Shown piece after piece: positions 22,936 to 31,999 of a DNA stretch of 64,000 bases; the stretch's first letter is position 1, and each line of letters begins with the position of its first letter. Where the stretch lies: positions 2,263-66,262 of the forward strand of contig VXTZ01000003.1 of the NCBI GenBank assembly GCA_009837205.1. The letters run 5' to 3'. The notes beneath the pieces were generated by a model. That model saw nothing but the letters and a program-made list of their open reading frames with translations, was not told the origin of the DNA and ran no database searches. A program made the translations under genes and the position numbers. This stretch comes from Candidatus Dadabacteria bacterium (GTDB lineage Bacteria > Desulfobacterota_D > UBA1144 > Nemesobacterales > Nemesobacteraceae).

Positions 22936-25900
22936 ATCTTGTCGAGACCTCTATAAAAAATCCCGTAACCGTAGCCGTCGGCGTTATATTCCTTGTTATT
23001 TTCGGGGTTATCTCGCTCTTTAGAATTCCCGTTCAGCTTACCCCGGACGTCGAGACGCTCAGGGTTACCGTGAGCACCTTCTGGAGAGGGGCAAGCCCCT
23101 TTGAGATGGAAAGCGAGGTGGTAAACGAGCAGGAAGACGAGCTCAGGGGAATAACGGGACTCAGAAGGCTTGACAGCGAGAGCTCGGAGAACTCCTCCGA
23201 GGTAATACTCGAGTTTGAAGTTGGCGCCGACATTGACTCCAAGGTGGTCAAGGTGTCGAACAGGCTTGACCAGGTAAAGGAATACCCGGACGAGGTCGAG
23301 CGGCCCGTGATAACCACCGTCGATCCCAGGGCAAACGCCATGGCGTGGTTTATCCTGAAGCCTCTTCCTGACAGTCCCGCTGATATAAATCTCTACTACG
23401 ATTTCGCGGATGAGATAATCCGCACCAGGCTTGAGAGGGTTCCCGGAGTCGGGGCCTCAAACGTGTTCGGCGGAAGGGAACGGCTTATAGAGGTTCTTTT
23501 CGACCCCGCCGCGCTTGCCAAGAGGAATATTACGATAGCTGGGCTTGCCGCCTCCATTGACAGGGAGAATGAGAATTTCAGCGCCGGTTCCTTTAACGAG
23601 GGTAAAAGGCAGTATCTCGTTCGAACTGTCGGAGAGTACAGAACCACGCGGGACATAGAAAACATAGTAGTGGCTACCGCGCAAAGCGGTCTTCCCGTTT
23701 ACCTGAGGGATGTTGCCACTATCCGCCTCGGGTACGAGGATCCGGGCTACACCGTGAGGCAGAACGGAGAGCCCTGCATCGCCGTTAACGTGCTTCGCGA
23801 AAGCGGGGCGAACTCAATAGAGGTTAAAGAGGGCATCTTTGCGGCCGTTGAGGAACTGAATGAGGGAGTCCTCAAGGAAAACGGACTTCGCCTCCGGAAT
23901 GTCTACGAAGAGACCGGGTACATAAAAAACGCGATAAAGCTCGTTAGGGGAAATCTTATTATAGGCGGTGTGCTCGCCATAACGGTTCTTCTTCTTTTCC
24001 TTAGAAGCGCGAGCAGCACGATAATTGTGGCAATCGCCATACCGTCAAGCGTCATAGGGACTTTCATAGTTTTCGAGGCGCTCGGGCGCACCTTAAACGT
24101 GGTCAGTCTTGCGGGGATGAGCTTCGCCGTCGGCATGGTCATAGATAACTCGATCGTGGTTCTTGAAAACGTGTACCGCCACATGCAGATGGGAAAATCG
24201 AGGATGAAGGCAGCCTATGACGGCACGACCGAGGTCTGGGGGGCGGTGCTTGCAAGCACCCTCACCACGGCCGCCGTGTTCATTCCGATCATGTTCATTC
24301 AGGAGCAGACGGGACAGCTGTTTCGCGACATAGCCATAGCGATCAGCGTCTCCGTCATACTTAGTCTTCTTGTTTCCATAACCGTCATACCGTCTGCGTC
24401 TTCAAAGTACCTCTCCGCGAAGGGCGCGGAATCTCTTGAGCGCCTTCATATCATGTCGCGGCTGTTCGGTTTCGCGGGAAGGGTCTCAGAATTTATAAAC
24501 CGCTTTACCGAGGAGATAATGACAAGCGTCAGGAAAAGAGCGGTTCTCGTGGGTTCCTTCACCCTCTTGTCAATAGTGCTTATAATCGCCGTCTTTCCCA
24601 AGACCGAGTATCTTCCCACGGGGAACAGGAACCTGCTTTTCGGGATACTTATCCCGCCTCCCGGATACAATGTCGAGGAATATACTGCCATCGGAAAGCA
24701 GCTCGAGGCTGATTTCGAACCCTACATGAACGGAAAGACCGCGACCGGGAAAGATCTCCCGCGGATAAAGAATTTCTTCTACGTCGCGAGGGGAAAACAG
24801 ATTTTCATGGGCGCGGTCGCCGAGAACAGAAAGGAACTCAAGGAACTTTTTCCCGTTCTTCAACAGGCCCTGTCCAAGGTCCCGGGAACGTTCGGAGTGA
24901 TAATTCAGCCCAGCATCTTTAACGCCAACATAGGCGAGGGGAGGTCGATAGATGTTAACGTCACGGGAGATGATCTGGACGAGATACTGAAGACCGCTAG
25001 GAGCGTGTTTTTCATGTCCATGGAGAGCATGCCCGGGGCGCAGATAAGACCGATTCCGAGCCTTGATCTCGGAAACCCCGAGCTCAGGATCGTTACTGAG
25101 CGGGAGGCGGCTTCTCGGGTCGGGATCACCAACAGCGAGCTCGGGTTTACCGTGAGATCCCTGATAGACGGAGTCCAGGCAAGCGATTTTAACCTCGAGG
25201 GACAGGAGGTCGACATAGTCTTGCGGGCGGAGCAGGATTTCTCCGAGAGAACCCAGGATATAGAGAACATAATGATCACTTCTCCGAGCGGGCAGGTGGT
25301 TACCGTGGGAGCCCTGGCCAGGGTCAGTCTTGAGAGCGGCCCGGAGCAGATAAATCACTACGAAAGACAAAGGGTGATAACGATACAGATAACTCCTCCC
25401 GAGGAAATTGCGCTTGAGGAGGCGATAGAGACCGTTAACGACGATATAATCTCCGTGCTTCAGCAAAGCGGCCAGGTGGGGGAGCGGACCGGTTTTGTCC
25501 TTGCCGGGACAGCGGACAAGCTCGCAACGGCAAAAGACGCGCTTCAGTGGAACTTTCTTCTGGCCGTGATGATATCGTTTCTGCTGATGGCGGCTCTTTT
25601 CGGGAGTTTTCTCCATCCGCTTGTTATCCTGATCACGGTTCCGTTTGCCTCCCTCGGAGGGTTTCTAGGGCTTTTTATCCTTAACCTGTTCACGTACCAG
25701 CCGCTTGATATACTGACGATGCTGGGTTTTGTTATTCTCATAGGGATAGTCATTAACAACGCCATACTCATAGTCCACCAAGCGCTTAACAACATCCGGG
25801 CGGGCATGGAACAGCAGGAGGCCATACGCGAATCGGTAAGGGTGAGGATAAGGCCGATCTTCATGAGCACCCTCACGAGCGTATTCGGCATGCTTCCCCT

Positions 25901-26054
25901 TGTGCTTGCCCCGGGGGAAGGCTCTGAGCTTTACAAGGGCCTTGGAAGCGTCGTGGTCGGCGGACTTGTTCTCTCCACGGTCTTCACCCTGTTTCTGATC
26001 CCTTCCGTTTTCAGCCTCATGCTAGAGTTCCGAAGAAGGCCCTCCTTCTTATGA
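22932..26054 (+). CDS. efflux RND transporter permease (AcrB/HAE1 family)
   Basis: 1040 aa with 12 TM helices and two large periplasmic loops. Conserved TM4/TM10 regions (AGMSFAVGMVIDNSIVVLEN; LTMLGFVILIGIVINNAILIV). Confidence 0.9.
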   Translation: MNLVETSIKNPVTVAVGVIFLVIFGVISLFRIPVQLTPDVETLRVTVSTFWRGASPFEMESEVVNEQEDELRGITGLRRLDSESSENSSEVILEFEVGADIDSKVVKVSNRLDQVKEYPDEVERPVITTVDPRANAMAWFILKPLPDSPADINLYYDFADEIIRTRLERVPGVGASNVFGGRERLIEVLFDPAALAKRNITIAGLAASIDRENENFSAGSFNEGKRQYLVRTVGEYRTTRDIENIVVATAQSGLPVYLRDVATIRLGYEDPGYTVRQNGEPCIAVNVLRESGANSIEVKEGIFAAVEELNEGVLKENGLRLRNVYEETGYIKNAIKLVRGNLIIGGVLAITVLLLFLRSASSTIIVAIAIPSSVIGTFIVFEALGRTLNVVSLAGMSFAVGMVIDNSIVVLENVYRHMQMGKSRMKAAYDGTTEVWGAVLASTLTTAAVFIPIMFIQEQTGQLFRDIAIAISVSVILSLLVSITVIPSASSKYLSAKGAESLERLHIMSRLFGFAGRVSEFINRFTEEIMTSVRKRAVLVGSFTLLSIVLIIAVFPKTEYLPTGNRNLLFGILIPPPGYNVEEYTAIGKQLEADFEPYMNGKTATGKDLPRIKNFFYVARGKQIFMGAVAENRKELKELFPVLQQALSKVPGTFGVIIQPSIFNANIGEGRSIDVNVTGDDLDEILKTARSVFFMSMESMPGAQIRPIPSLDLGNPELRIVTEREAASRVGITNSELGFTVRSLIDGVQASDFNLEGQEVDIVLRAEQDFSERTQDIENIMITSPSGQVVTVGALARVSLESGPEQINHYERQRVITIQITPPEEIALEEAIETVNDDIISVLQQSGQVGERTGFVLAGTADKLATAKDALQWNFLLAVMISFLLMAALFGSFLHPLVILITVPFASLGGFLGLFILNLFTYQPLDILTMLGFVILIGIVINNAILIVHQALNNIRAGMEQQEAIRESVRVRIRPIFMSTLTSVFGMLPLVLAPGEGSELYKGLGSVVVGGLVLSTVFTLFLIPSVFSLMLEFRRRPSFL

Positions 26055-26122
26055 AACCGGTTTTGTTTGTGGCATAATAAATTCCCTGACTGAAATTGAC
26101 AATCATTTGGAGGGAATCTTAA

Positions 26123-27511
26123 ATGGCTAAGACGAAATACAGGGTGGAATCCGACTCGATGGGAAAGATGAAAGTTCCCTCGGACGCTTATTACGGGGCG
26201 CAGACGGCAAGGGCGGTTGAGAACTTTCCCGTGAGCGGACGCACTCTTCCAAGGGAATTCATAAGGGCGATGGGTCTTGTGAAACTGGCCGCCGCGCATA
26301 CAAACGCAGAACTCGGATTCTTGAAGAAGGGTGCCGCGCGGGCCATAGCGAGAGCCGCGCAGGAGGTTGTCGACGGGAAGCTTGACGATCATTTCGTGGT
26401 GGACGTTTTTCAGACGGGTTCAGGCACCTCGACAAACATGAACACGAATGAAGTGATAGCCAACAGGGCGACCGAGATACTTAAGGGAAAGACCCGGGTG
26501 CATCCGAACGACCATGTGAACATGGGTCAGTCAAGCAATGACGTGATCCCCACGGCCATGCATGTCTCTTCCCTTGAAGCGATAGAAAAAGACCTCATAC
26601 CGTCGCTTGAGTATCTTCGCGACGCGCTCTCGAAAAAGGCAAAGGAGTTTGATCACATAGTAAAGATAGGGCGCACCCACCTTATGGACGCTACCCCTAT
26701 ACGGCTCGGTCAGGAGTTCAGCGGGTACGCGAGCATGGTTGATCACGGGATCTCGAGATTAAAGAGGACAAGAACCGACCTTTCAGAACTTGCCATAGGA
26801 GGGACCGCGGTCGGCACGGGGATAAACACCCACAAGGATTTCGGAAAACAGGTGGCGGCGAGGATAACCGAGGCTACGGGGGTTAAGTTCAGGGAGGCTA
26901 AAAACCACTTCGAGGCCCAGGCGTCAAAGGACGCGGTTGTCCAGGCAAGCGGAGCACTCAAGACGGTCTCCGTGAGCCTCATCAAGATAGCAAATGACAT
27001 ACGGTGGCTTGGAAGCGGCCCGCGCTGCGGCTTCGGAGAGGTCCTTCTGCCTGCGATACAGCCTGGTTCGTCCATTATGCCCGGGAAGGTTAACCCGGTG
27101 ATCGGCGAGTCGGTTACACAGGTCGCGGCCCAGGTGATCGGCAATGACGCGGCGATAACGATCGGAGGGCAGTCGGGGAATTTCGAGCTCAACGTGATGA
27201 TGCCAATGATGGCGGACAATCTCCTTCAGTCGATAAGGCTTCTCTCGAGGGTATGCACCGTGTTTGTCGACAAGTGCATCTCCGGGATAGAGGCGGATGA
27301 AGAGCGCTGCGGGGAAACCATCGAGCAGAGCCTCGCCATGTGCACCAGCCTAGCGCCGATCATAGGTTATGACAACGCGGCTGCGATTGCGAAGGAAGCC
27401 TACGCTTCGGGGAGCACCGTAAGGGAAGTTGCCAGGCAAAAGGGAGTGCTTTCAGACGAGGAACTTGACAGGGTTCTTGATCCGCTGTCGATGACAAAGC
27501 CGACTTCCTAG
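26123..27511 (+). CDS. aspartate ammonia-lyase / class II fumarase family lyase (leaning AspA)
   Basis: 462 aa; signature GSSIMPGKVNPV and TGSGTSTNMN. The PVIGES after the signature is closer to AspA than to FumC (PTQCEA). Promoter-like TTGACA and RBS GGAGGG upstream. Confidence 0.8.
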   Translation: MAKTKYRVESDSMGKMKVPSDAYYGAQTARAVENFPVSGRTLPREFIRAMGLVKLAAAHTNAELGFLKKGAARAIARAAQEVVDGKLDDHFVVDVFQTGSGTSTNMNTNEVIANRATEILKGKTRVHPNDHVNMGQSSNDVIPTAMHVSSLEAIEKDLIPSLEYLRDALSKKAKEFDHIVKIGRTHLMDATPIRLGQEFSGYASMVDHGISRLKRTRTDLSELAIGGTAVGTGINTHKDFGKQVAARITEATGVKFREAKNHFEAQASKDAVVQASGALKTVSVSLIKIANDIRWLGSGPRCGFGEVLLPAIQPGSSIMPGKVNPVIGESVTQVAAQVIGNDAAITIGGQSGNFELNVMMPMMADNLLQSIRLLSRVCTVFVDKCISGIEADEERCGETIEQSLAMCTSLAPIIGYDNAAAIAKEAYASGSTVREVARQKGVLSDEELDRVLDPLSMTKPTS

Positions 27512-27569
27512 GCCATGGGCCCGGATAGCAGTTTGACTATGTAGAGTATTTTCGGCGGAAATTTGAATA

Positions 27570-28031
27570 ATGAGGAAAATTCTTTTAGTTTTTCTGCTTT
27601 TTTTGGCGATTCCGGTTTCTTCTTACGGAAAAGAAGAGGGTTACAAGACCTATACCAATATCGGAGAACTTAAACCGCCGGCTGTAACCATCTCGCAGGT
27701 TCTTTCCTCCCGGGATGAATTTGACAGGAAAATATTTACCCTTGAGGGGCAGGTGGGTGAACTGGAGTTCAAGAAGATGGCGAACGGAAGGAAGTTCACC
27801 CTGTTTCAGTTTTTCGAAGACGATCCGGAAAAAGGAATAAACATTTACGCAAGAGGGTTCGTGGAAGGCATTGAGAACGGGAGCAGAGTAAGGATCTGGG
27901 GTCGCTACAGCAAGCATAAAAGATATTTTCTTTCCAAGCGCAAGAACATCATGAAGGCGAAGAAGATCCATATTCTTCAGGAGATTCCGGAAGCGCTAGA
28001 AGACCTGCCTGTAGAGAAAAATTCTTCTTAA
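27570..28031 (+). CDS. secreted small OB-fold-like protein, possibly BOF/YgiW family
   Basis: Signal peptide, then VTISQVL..D..V.L.G.V.E...F.L.D..G.I.V...G.....G..V...G pattern collinear with E. coli YgiW; weak by-eye match. Confidence 0.4.
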   Translation: MRKILLVFLLFLAIPVSSYGKEEGYKTYTNIGELKPPAVTISQVLSSRDEFDRKIFTLEGQVGELEFKKMANGRKFTLFQFFEDDPEKGINIYARGFVEGIENGSRVRIWGRYSKHKRYFLSKRKNIMKAKKIHILQEIPEALEDLPVEKNSS

Positions 28032-28119
28032 AAGATATCTAAATATGCATCTAGGTATACATTTAATTGACATTTTAGGCGGAGTTCCGTATACTTGAAG
28101 CACGAGACAGGAGGTAGTT

Positions 28120-28368
28120 ATGGAGGACTTACTAACTAATAAAACCGCTTCATTAACCGAATTTCGTGATCCCAAGAACGTGATTAGGAAAGCCGGTGGC
28201 AAACCCGTTGCCATATTAAATCGCAATAAGCTTGAAGGTTATTTTGTGCCTGCTTCCGCTGTACATAAAATCAGCTTTGAGCTTGCTGATTCTGATGAGG
28301 TTGATGCTGCTATTGCAAAACGCAAAGACAAGATACAACCAATCTTGGATTACCTGAAAGATAAATAG
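28120..28368 (+). CDS. type II antitoxin, Phd/YefM family
   Basis: 82 aa; TASLTEFRDPKNVIRKAGGKPVAILNRNKLEGYFVPASAV fits the Phd/YefM N-terminal fold. 2-nt gap to the doc gene; AT-rich relative to flanks. Confidence 0.7.
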   Translation: MEDLLTNKTASLTEFRDPKNVIRKAGGKPVAILNRNKLEGYFVPASAVHKISFELADSDEVDAAIAKRKDKIQPILDYLKDK

Positions 28369-28370
28369 GC

Positions 28371-28766
28371 ATGAAATATTTATCACCCGAGAAGGTGGTT
28401 GCCATGCACGAGCAGATCATTAGACCTGACGAATTGCAAGGCGTGGCCCGGAACAAGTATATAGAATCAGTTTTGGCACGTGTCGACAACCGCATCGCCT
28501 ACGGGTTGATTGAGGATGTGTTTGAACTTGCTGCCTGTTATGCATGTTGTATTGCTGTTGGTAATGCGTTTAATGACGGTAATAAGAGAACAGCATTTAA
28601 GGCAATGGATACTTGCTTGACTATAAACGGTATAGAGTTGGATTTTGACACGGCGGAAGCTGGTGACATGATGATTAAAGCCGCCCAAGGCTTTATTGAC
28701 GAAAGGGAACTGGCGGAGTGGCTTAGAACCCTGGCTCAAGAGAATTTTCGAACTCAAGGCGGTTAA
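28371..28766 (+). CDS. doc: type II toxin, Doc (death-on-curing, Fic/Doc fold); the catalytic His position is Asn
   Basis: Collinear with P1 Doc (YLSPEKVVAMHEQII ~ HISPEELIALHDANI; RIAYGLIEDVFELAACY ~ RVAYEEITDLFEVSATY). The motif reads GNAFNDGNKRTA where P1 Doc has GHIFNDANKRTA; Asn65 is codon aat 28563..28565. Confidence 0.8.
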   Translation: MKYLSPEKVVAMHEQIIRPDELQGVARNKYIESVLARVDNRIAYGLIEDVFELAACYACCIAVGNAFNDGNKRTAFKAMDTCLTINGIELDFDTAEAGDMMIKAAQGFIDERELAEWLRTLAQENFRTQGG

Positions 28767-28767
28767 A

Positions 28768-28941
28768 ATGACTGCGGATATTAAAAAGGGAAAAGCTGGA
28801 ATGCTTTTTGAGGATTTCCTTAAAGAGTTGGGAATTTGCGAGGAAACGACCAAGCGGGCTGTGAAGCGCGTTCTGGAATTTTTGACTGCTCAAGAAGAGA
28901 TAAAGAAATGTCCCAAAAGTGGAAACGCCCAACCAGTTTGA
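28768..28941 (+). CDS. small ORF (57 aa) immediately downstream of doc; hypothetical
   Basis: ATG starts 1 nt after the doc stop. Same AT-rich composition as phd/doc. Translation MTADIKKGKAGMLFEDFLKELGICEETTKRAVKRVLEFLTAQEEIKK... has no recognisable family. Confidence 0.35.
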   Translation: MTADIKKGKAGMLFEDFLKELGICEETTKRAVKRVLEFLTAQEEIKKCPKSGNAQPV

Positions 28942-28981
28942 AGCGTTATTTGGACCTTCAAGAGTCCCGAATTCATACTAG

Positions 28982-31900
28982 ATGAAGCTTATCTATCACC
29001 CTAAAGAATTCACTTTTAAAGATCTTTTCAAAAAATACGGACTTAACCCAAGTGATGAGACAACCCTTTTCCTTCTTCCGGGGGTCTCGGTTGTGCAGGA
29101 AATAGAAGATTGCTACTCTGGCGTAGGTGTGTGGGGAAAAAACCTGCTTACGTTTAATGAACTCTCGGATTTTGTAAACGAAGCATCCCCAAACCTGAAG
29201 AAGAAAAGGATATCGAGAACCCAGACCTTATCGATAACCAGAAAAGCGGCGGAGTCGGTCTCGGGGAACCTTGAGGTTTTCGGGGAATTCTCGCAGAACC
29301 GGGATTTTCTAAACGCCACGGCTTTGATTATTTCGAAACTGAAGCAAAGCAAGATTGCCGCAAGGGAGCTTGTCGGGTCTGCCAGAACAATCAAGGCGCG
29401 GAGCTTGAAGAAGAAACTCTCGGATACAGGGCTTGTTTACGAAAAATACGAGGCGCTTATCACCGAGAGAGATTTTCTTGACGATGCGGATTCTGTCCGT
29501 GTCGTTTCAGAAGAGTTGGAGAGGGAAGGGCTTACGCCGTTTTTCCCGTCTGCAAGAAAGCTTGTTATCTTCGGGTTCTCCGATTTTACTCTCTGCGAAC
29601 TTGACGTGATAAAAGGCCTTTCCTCGGCGGTTCCGGAAACTTTCTTTTTCGTAAGCGACTTCGGCGATCTGGATGAATACAGAGACTGTTTTCTGGGCAG
29701 ATTCAGCGAAGCTTCCGTGGCCTGTGAAGAAGATTCCGCAATAACAGACGAAATTCCGGCAACCAGGACGCAAAGCGAGTTCAATGAGTTCCGGGACTCT
29801 CACGATGAGATCGAGTACGTCTCAAGAAAGATCAAAAAGCTCATTGTTGATGAGGGACACAAAGCTTCTGATTTTAAGGTTCTCGTCAGGTCATCGCAGA
29901 AAAGAGGTCAGTCCATAGCACATATATTCGAGAAAAACGGAGTCGCGGTTGACCTCAGAAACTCCGGAACCCTGGCGGGGAGCGTATACGGGCGCCTCGC
30001 GGGCGATATTCTTCGCCTCAAGTCAGGCAATTTTCACAGAAACGACCTGATCGGACTTCTTCGCAACCCGCTTTTTTCTCTCTATCTGGGAGAGTCTGAG
30101 TTCTCGCAGTGCTGCACCAACCTTGTAAAGGAGATTTCCTCCGCAAGCGTTTCTTCCGAAGACAGGAAATACAGAACCATAAGCGGTATCTCGGGCTGGA
30201 AGAGGGTTCTCGAACACATAGTGGAGCGGGACGCCCAGCTCTCCTCAGTCGCCCGTGATATAGACATGGCGCTTGATTCCGTATCGTCAAAGTTCGGCAG
30301 AAGAACTTTTTCAGCGATGACTTCTGATCTTAGAAAGATTTTCTCAGAACTCAGGGTTTCTGAGAATTCGGCACTGCTTATAGAGAGAAATCAGACCACC
30401 AGGGAGTGTTTCGATGAGTTCTTCTCTTTTCTAAGGGAGCTTTCCTTCTCTTACGGAGAGTTTGATTTCCGGGTTCCAGACCCTGGAGAGTACCTTCTTT
30501 TTCTGGATGAGTTCATGGGAGAGAGGACGGTTCCCTATAAAACCCCCTGCGACGGCGATTCGGAAAGGGTGAGCGTTACCGATTTCTCCGCGGCCCGCGG
30601 AATAAACCCGAAGTTTCTTTTTCTGGTCGGCCTTTCGGACACTTCTTTTCCTTCCGCTCTTCCCGCGGATCCCGTGCTTAAGCCCAGGGAGAAGGCGGAA
30701 ATAAACCGGGTGCTAAAAAAAAGAGTTTTTGACGAGGAAGGTCTTCATTACGAAAAGGAAAAGCATCTTTTCTCTACCCTTGGCGCCGCAGCTTCCGAGA
30801 AAGTGTTTTTTTCCTGCTTCCGCTACGACCAGAAGTCAAGGGATGTAAACCGCTCTGATTTTCTTGAGGAGGCGGGGATCTCCCCTCAGGCGCGACGCTC
30901 TGAGAGCTTCTCGGAACCGGGAGAGATATTCTCGGGGGAAGATGCCCTGTTTCACTGTTTTTCACCCTCGGGAACATCGGATGTCGCCCCGGAGCTTGTG
31001 GAGGTTATAAGAGAGCACTACGGTTCGGATATGGTCGGTTATCTCTCAGATGGCATCTCCGCTGAGAGAAAAAGACTCGAGCTTGAGGGTGATTACACGG
31101 ACTTCGAAGGGGTTCTCCGAAACGCCCCTCCGCGACCGGACACTTTTTCACCCACAAGGCTTGAGACCTACGGGACATGCCCCTTCATGTATTTTTCGAA
31201 GGAAGTGCTGAAACTGGGAAAGGTCGAGGACCCCGAGGAACAAAAGGCGTCGCAGCTTGACCTTGGCTCACTTGCCCACGAGATACTGAAGGAGTTCATG
31301 GAGACAGTTTTCGCCGAGGGTTCCGGCTGGCCTGATGCAAGCCGCGTTGCCGAGGTCTATGAGAGACTCAGAAGGAAGCACGAAACGAGACCGGGAGTTT
31401 TCTCCCATCTGCCGAAGAACGTGGCTGAGATTGGGAAGAAAAGGTTTTTTGACTGCATTTTGCCGAACTTCATCGCCGATGAGATTCAAAGAATCGGAAA
31501 AGATGAATTCATCCCCCGGTTTTTTGAAAAAGAAGTGAAGTTCCGCATCGGGAATGCCGAAATCAGCGGAAAAGTGGACAGGGTAGACGTCCACAGAGAC
31601 GACGAGAAAAAGGCCGCGGTTGTCGATTACAAGATCGGAGGGGTAAAAGGCAGAAAATATTTTGATTTTGAAAATCTCCAGATCCCCCTTTACCTGAAAG
31701 CGTTGTCTGAAGAGGGGGCGGTTCCCTCCAGAGGCTCCTATCTTTCAATCGGGAAACCGGGAGACAGCGTTTCTTCCCGGGATCCTTCTCTGGAGGAAGC
31801 GGCTTCGCTTGCGGAGTACTACGTGGAGAACATAAAAAAAGGTTTTTTCCCTCCGTATGTGGGGAAAAAAGAGAAGAACCAGGAAGCCCACTACCTCGAG

Positions 31901-31996
31901 ATGTCCAAGGGTCGTCCCTGCTCTTACTGTGATTACGCTGACCTTTGCAGGGTAAAAGACGGGGTGGTAAGGAGAACCGGGCATTCGCGGGGATAA
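28982..31996 (+). CDS. addB: helicase-nuclease subunit B (AddB/RexB-type), with inactive helicase-like N-terminus and a C-terminal PD-(D/E)XK nuclease carrying an Fe-S cluster
   Basis: 1004 aa; no Walker A at the N-terminus. C-terminal nuclease region GKVDRVDV...VVDYKIG bracketed by Cys ligands CPFMYF ... CSYCDYADLC (the AddB 4Cys pattern). Directly upstream of and co-oriented with addA. Confidence 0.85.
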   Translation: MKLIYHPKEFTFKDLFKKYGLNPSDETTLFLLPGVSVVQEIEDCYSGVGVWGKNLLTFNELSDFVNEASPNLKKKRISRTQTLSITRKAAESVSGNLEVFGEFSQNRDFLNATALIISKLKQSKIAARELVGSARTIKARSLKKKLSDTGLVYEKYEALITERDFLDDADSVRVVSEELEREGLTPFFPSARKLVIFGFSDFTLCELDVIKGLSSAVPETFFFVSDFGDLDEYRDCFLGRFSEASVACEEDSAITDEIPATRTQSEFNEFRDSHDEIEYVSRKIKKLIVDEGHKASDFKVLVRSSQKRGQSIAHIFEKNGVAVDLRNSGTLAGSVYGRLAGDILRLKSGNFHRNDLIGLLRNPLFSLYLGESEFSQCCTNLVKEISSASVSSEDRKYRTISGISGWKRVLEHIVERDAQLSSVARDIDMALDSVSSKFGRRTFSAMTSDLRKIFSELRVSENSALLIERNQTTRECFDEFFSFLRELSFSYGEFDFRVPDPGEYLLFLDEFMGERTVPYKTPCDGDSERVSVTDFSAARGINPKFLFLVGLSDTSFPSALPADPVLKPREKAEINRVLKKRVFDEEGLHYEKEKHLFSTLGAAASEKVFFSCFRYDQKSRDVNRSDFLEEAGISPQARRSESFSEPGEIFSGEDALFHCFSPSGTSDVAPELVEVIREHYGSDMVGYLSDGISAERKRLELEGDYTDFEGVLRNAPPRPDTFSPTRLETYGTCPFMYFSKEVLKLGKVEDPEEQKASQLDLGSLAHEILKEFMETVFAEGSGWPDASRVAEVYERLRRKHETRPGVFSHLPKNVAEIGKKRFFDCILPNFIADEIQRIGKDEFIPRFFEKEVKFRIGNAEISGKVDRVDVHRDDEKKAAVVDYKIGGVKGRKYFDFENLQIPLYLKALSEEGAVPSRGSYLSIGKPGDSVSSRDPSLEEAASLAEYYVENIKKGFFPPYVGKKEKNQEAHYLEMSKGRPCSYCDYADLCRVKDGVVRRTGHSRG

Positions 31997-31999
31997 ACT

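Noticed and set aside
28096-28963. 7-nt inverted repeat CTTGAAG / CTTCAAG flanking the phd-doc cassette
   Set aside because: It is too short to be statistically meaningful given the ~80-nt flanks searched; it is not taken as evidence of a transposon or insertion scar.
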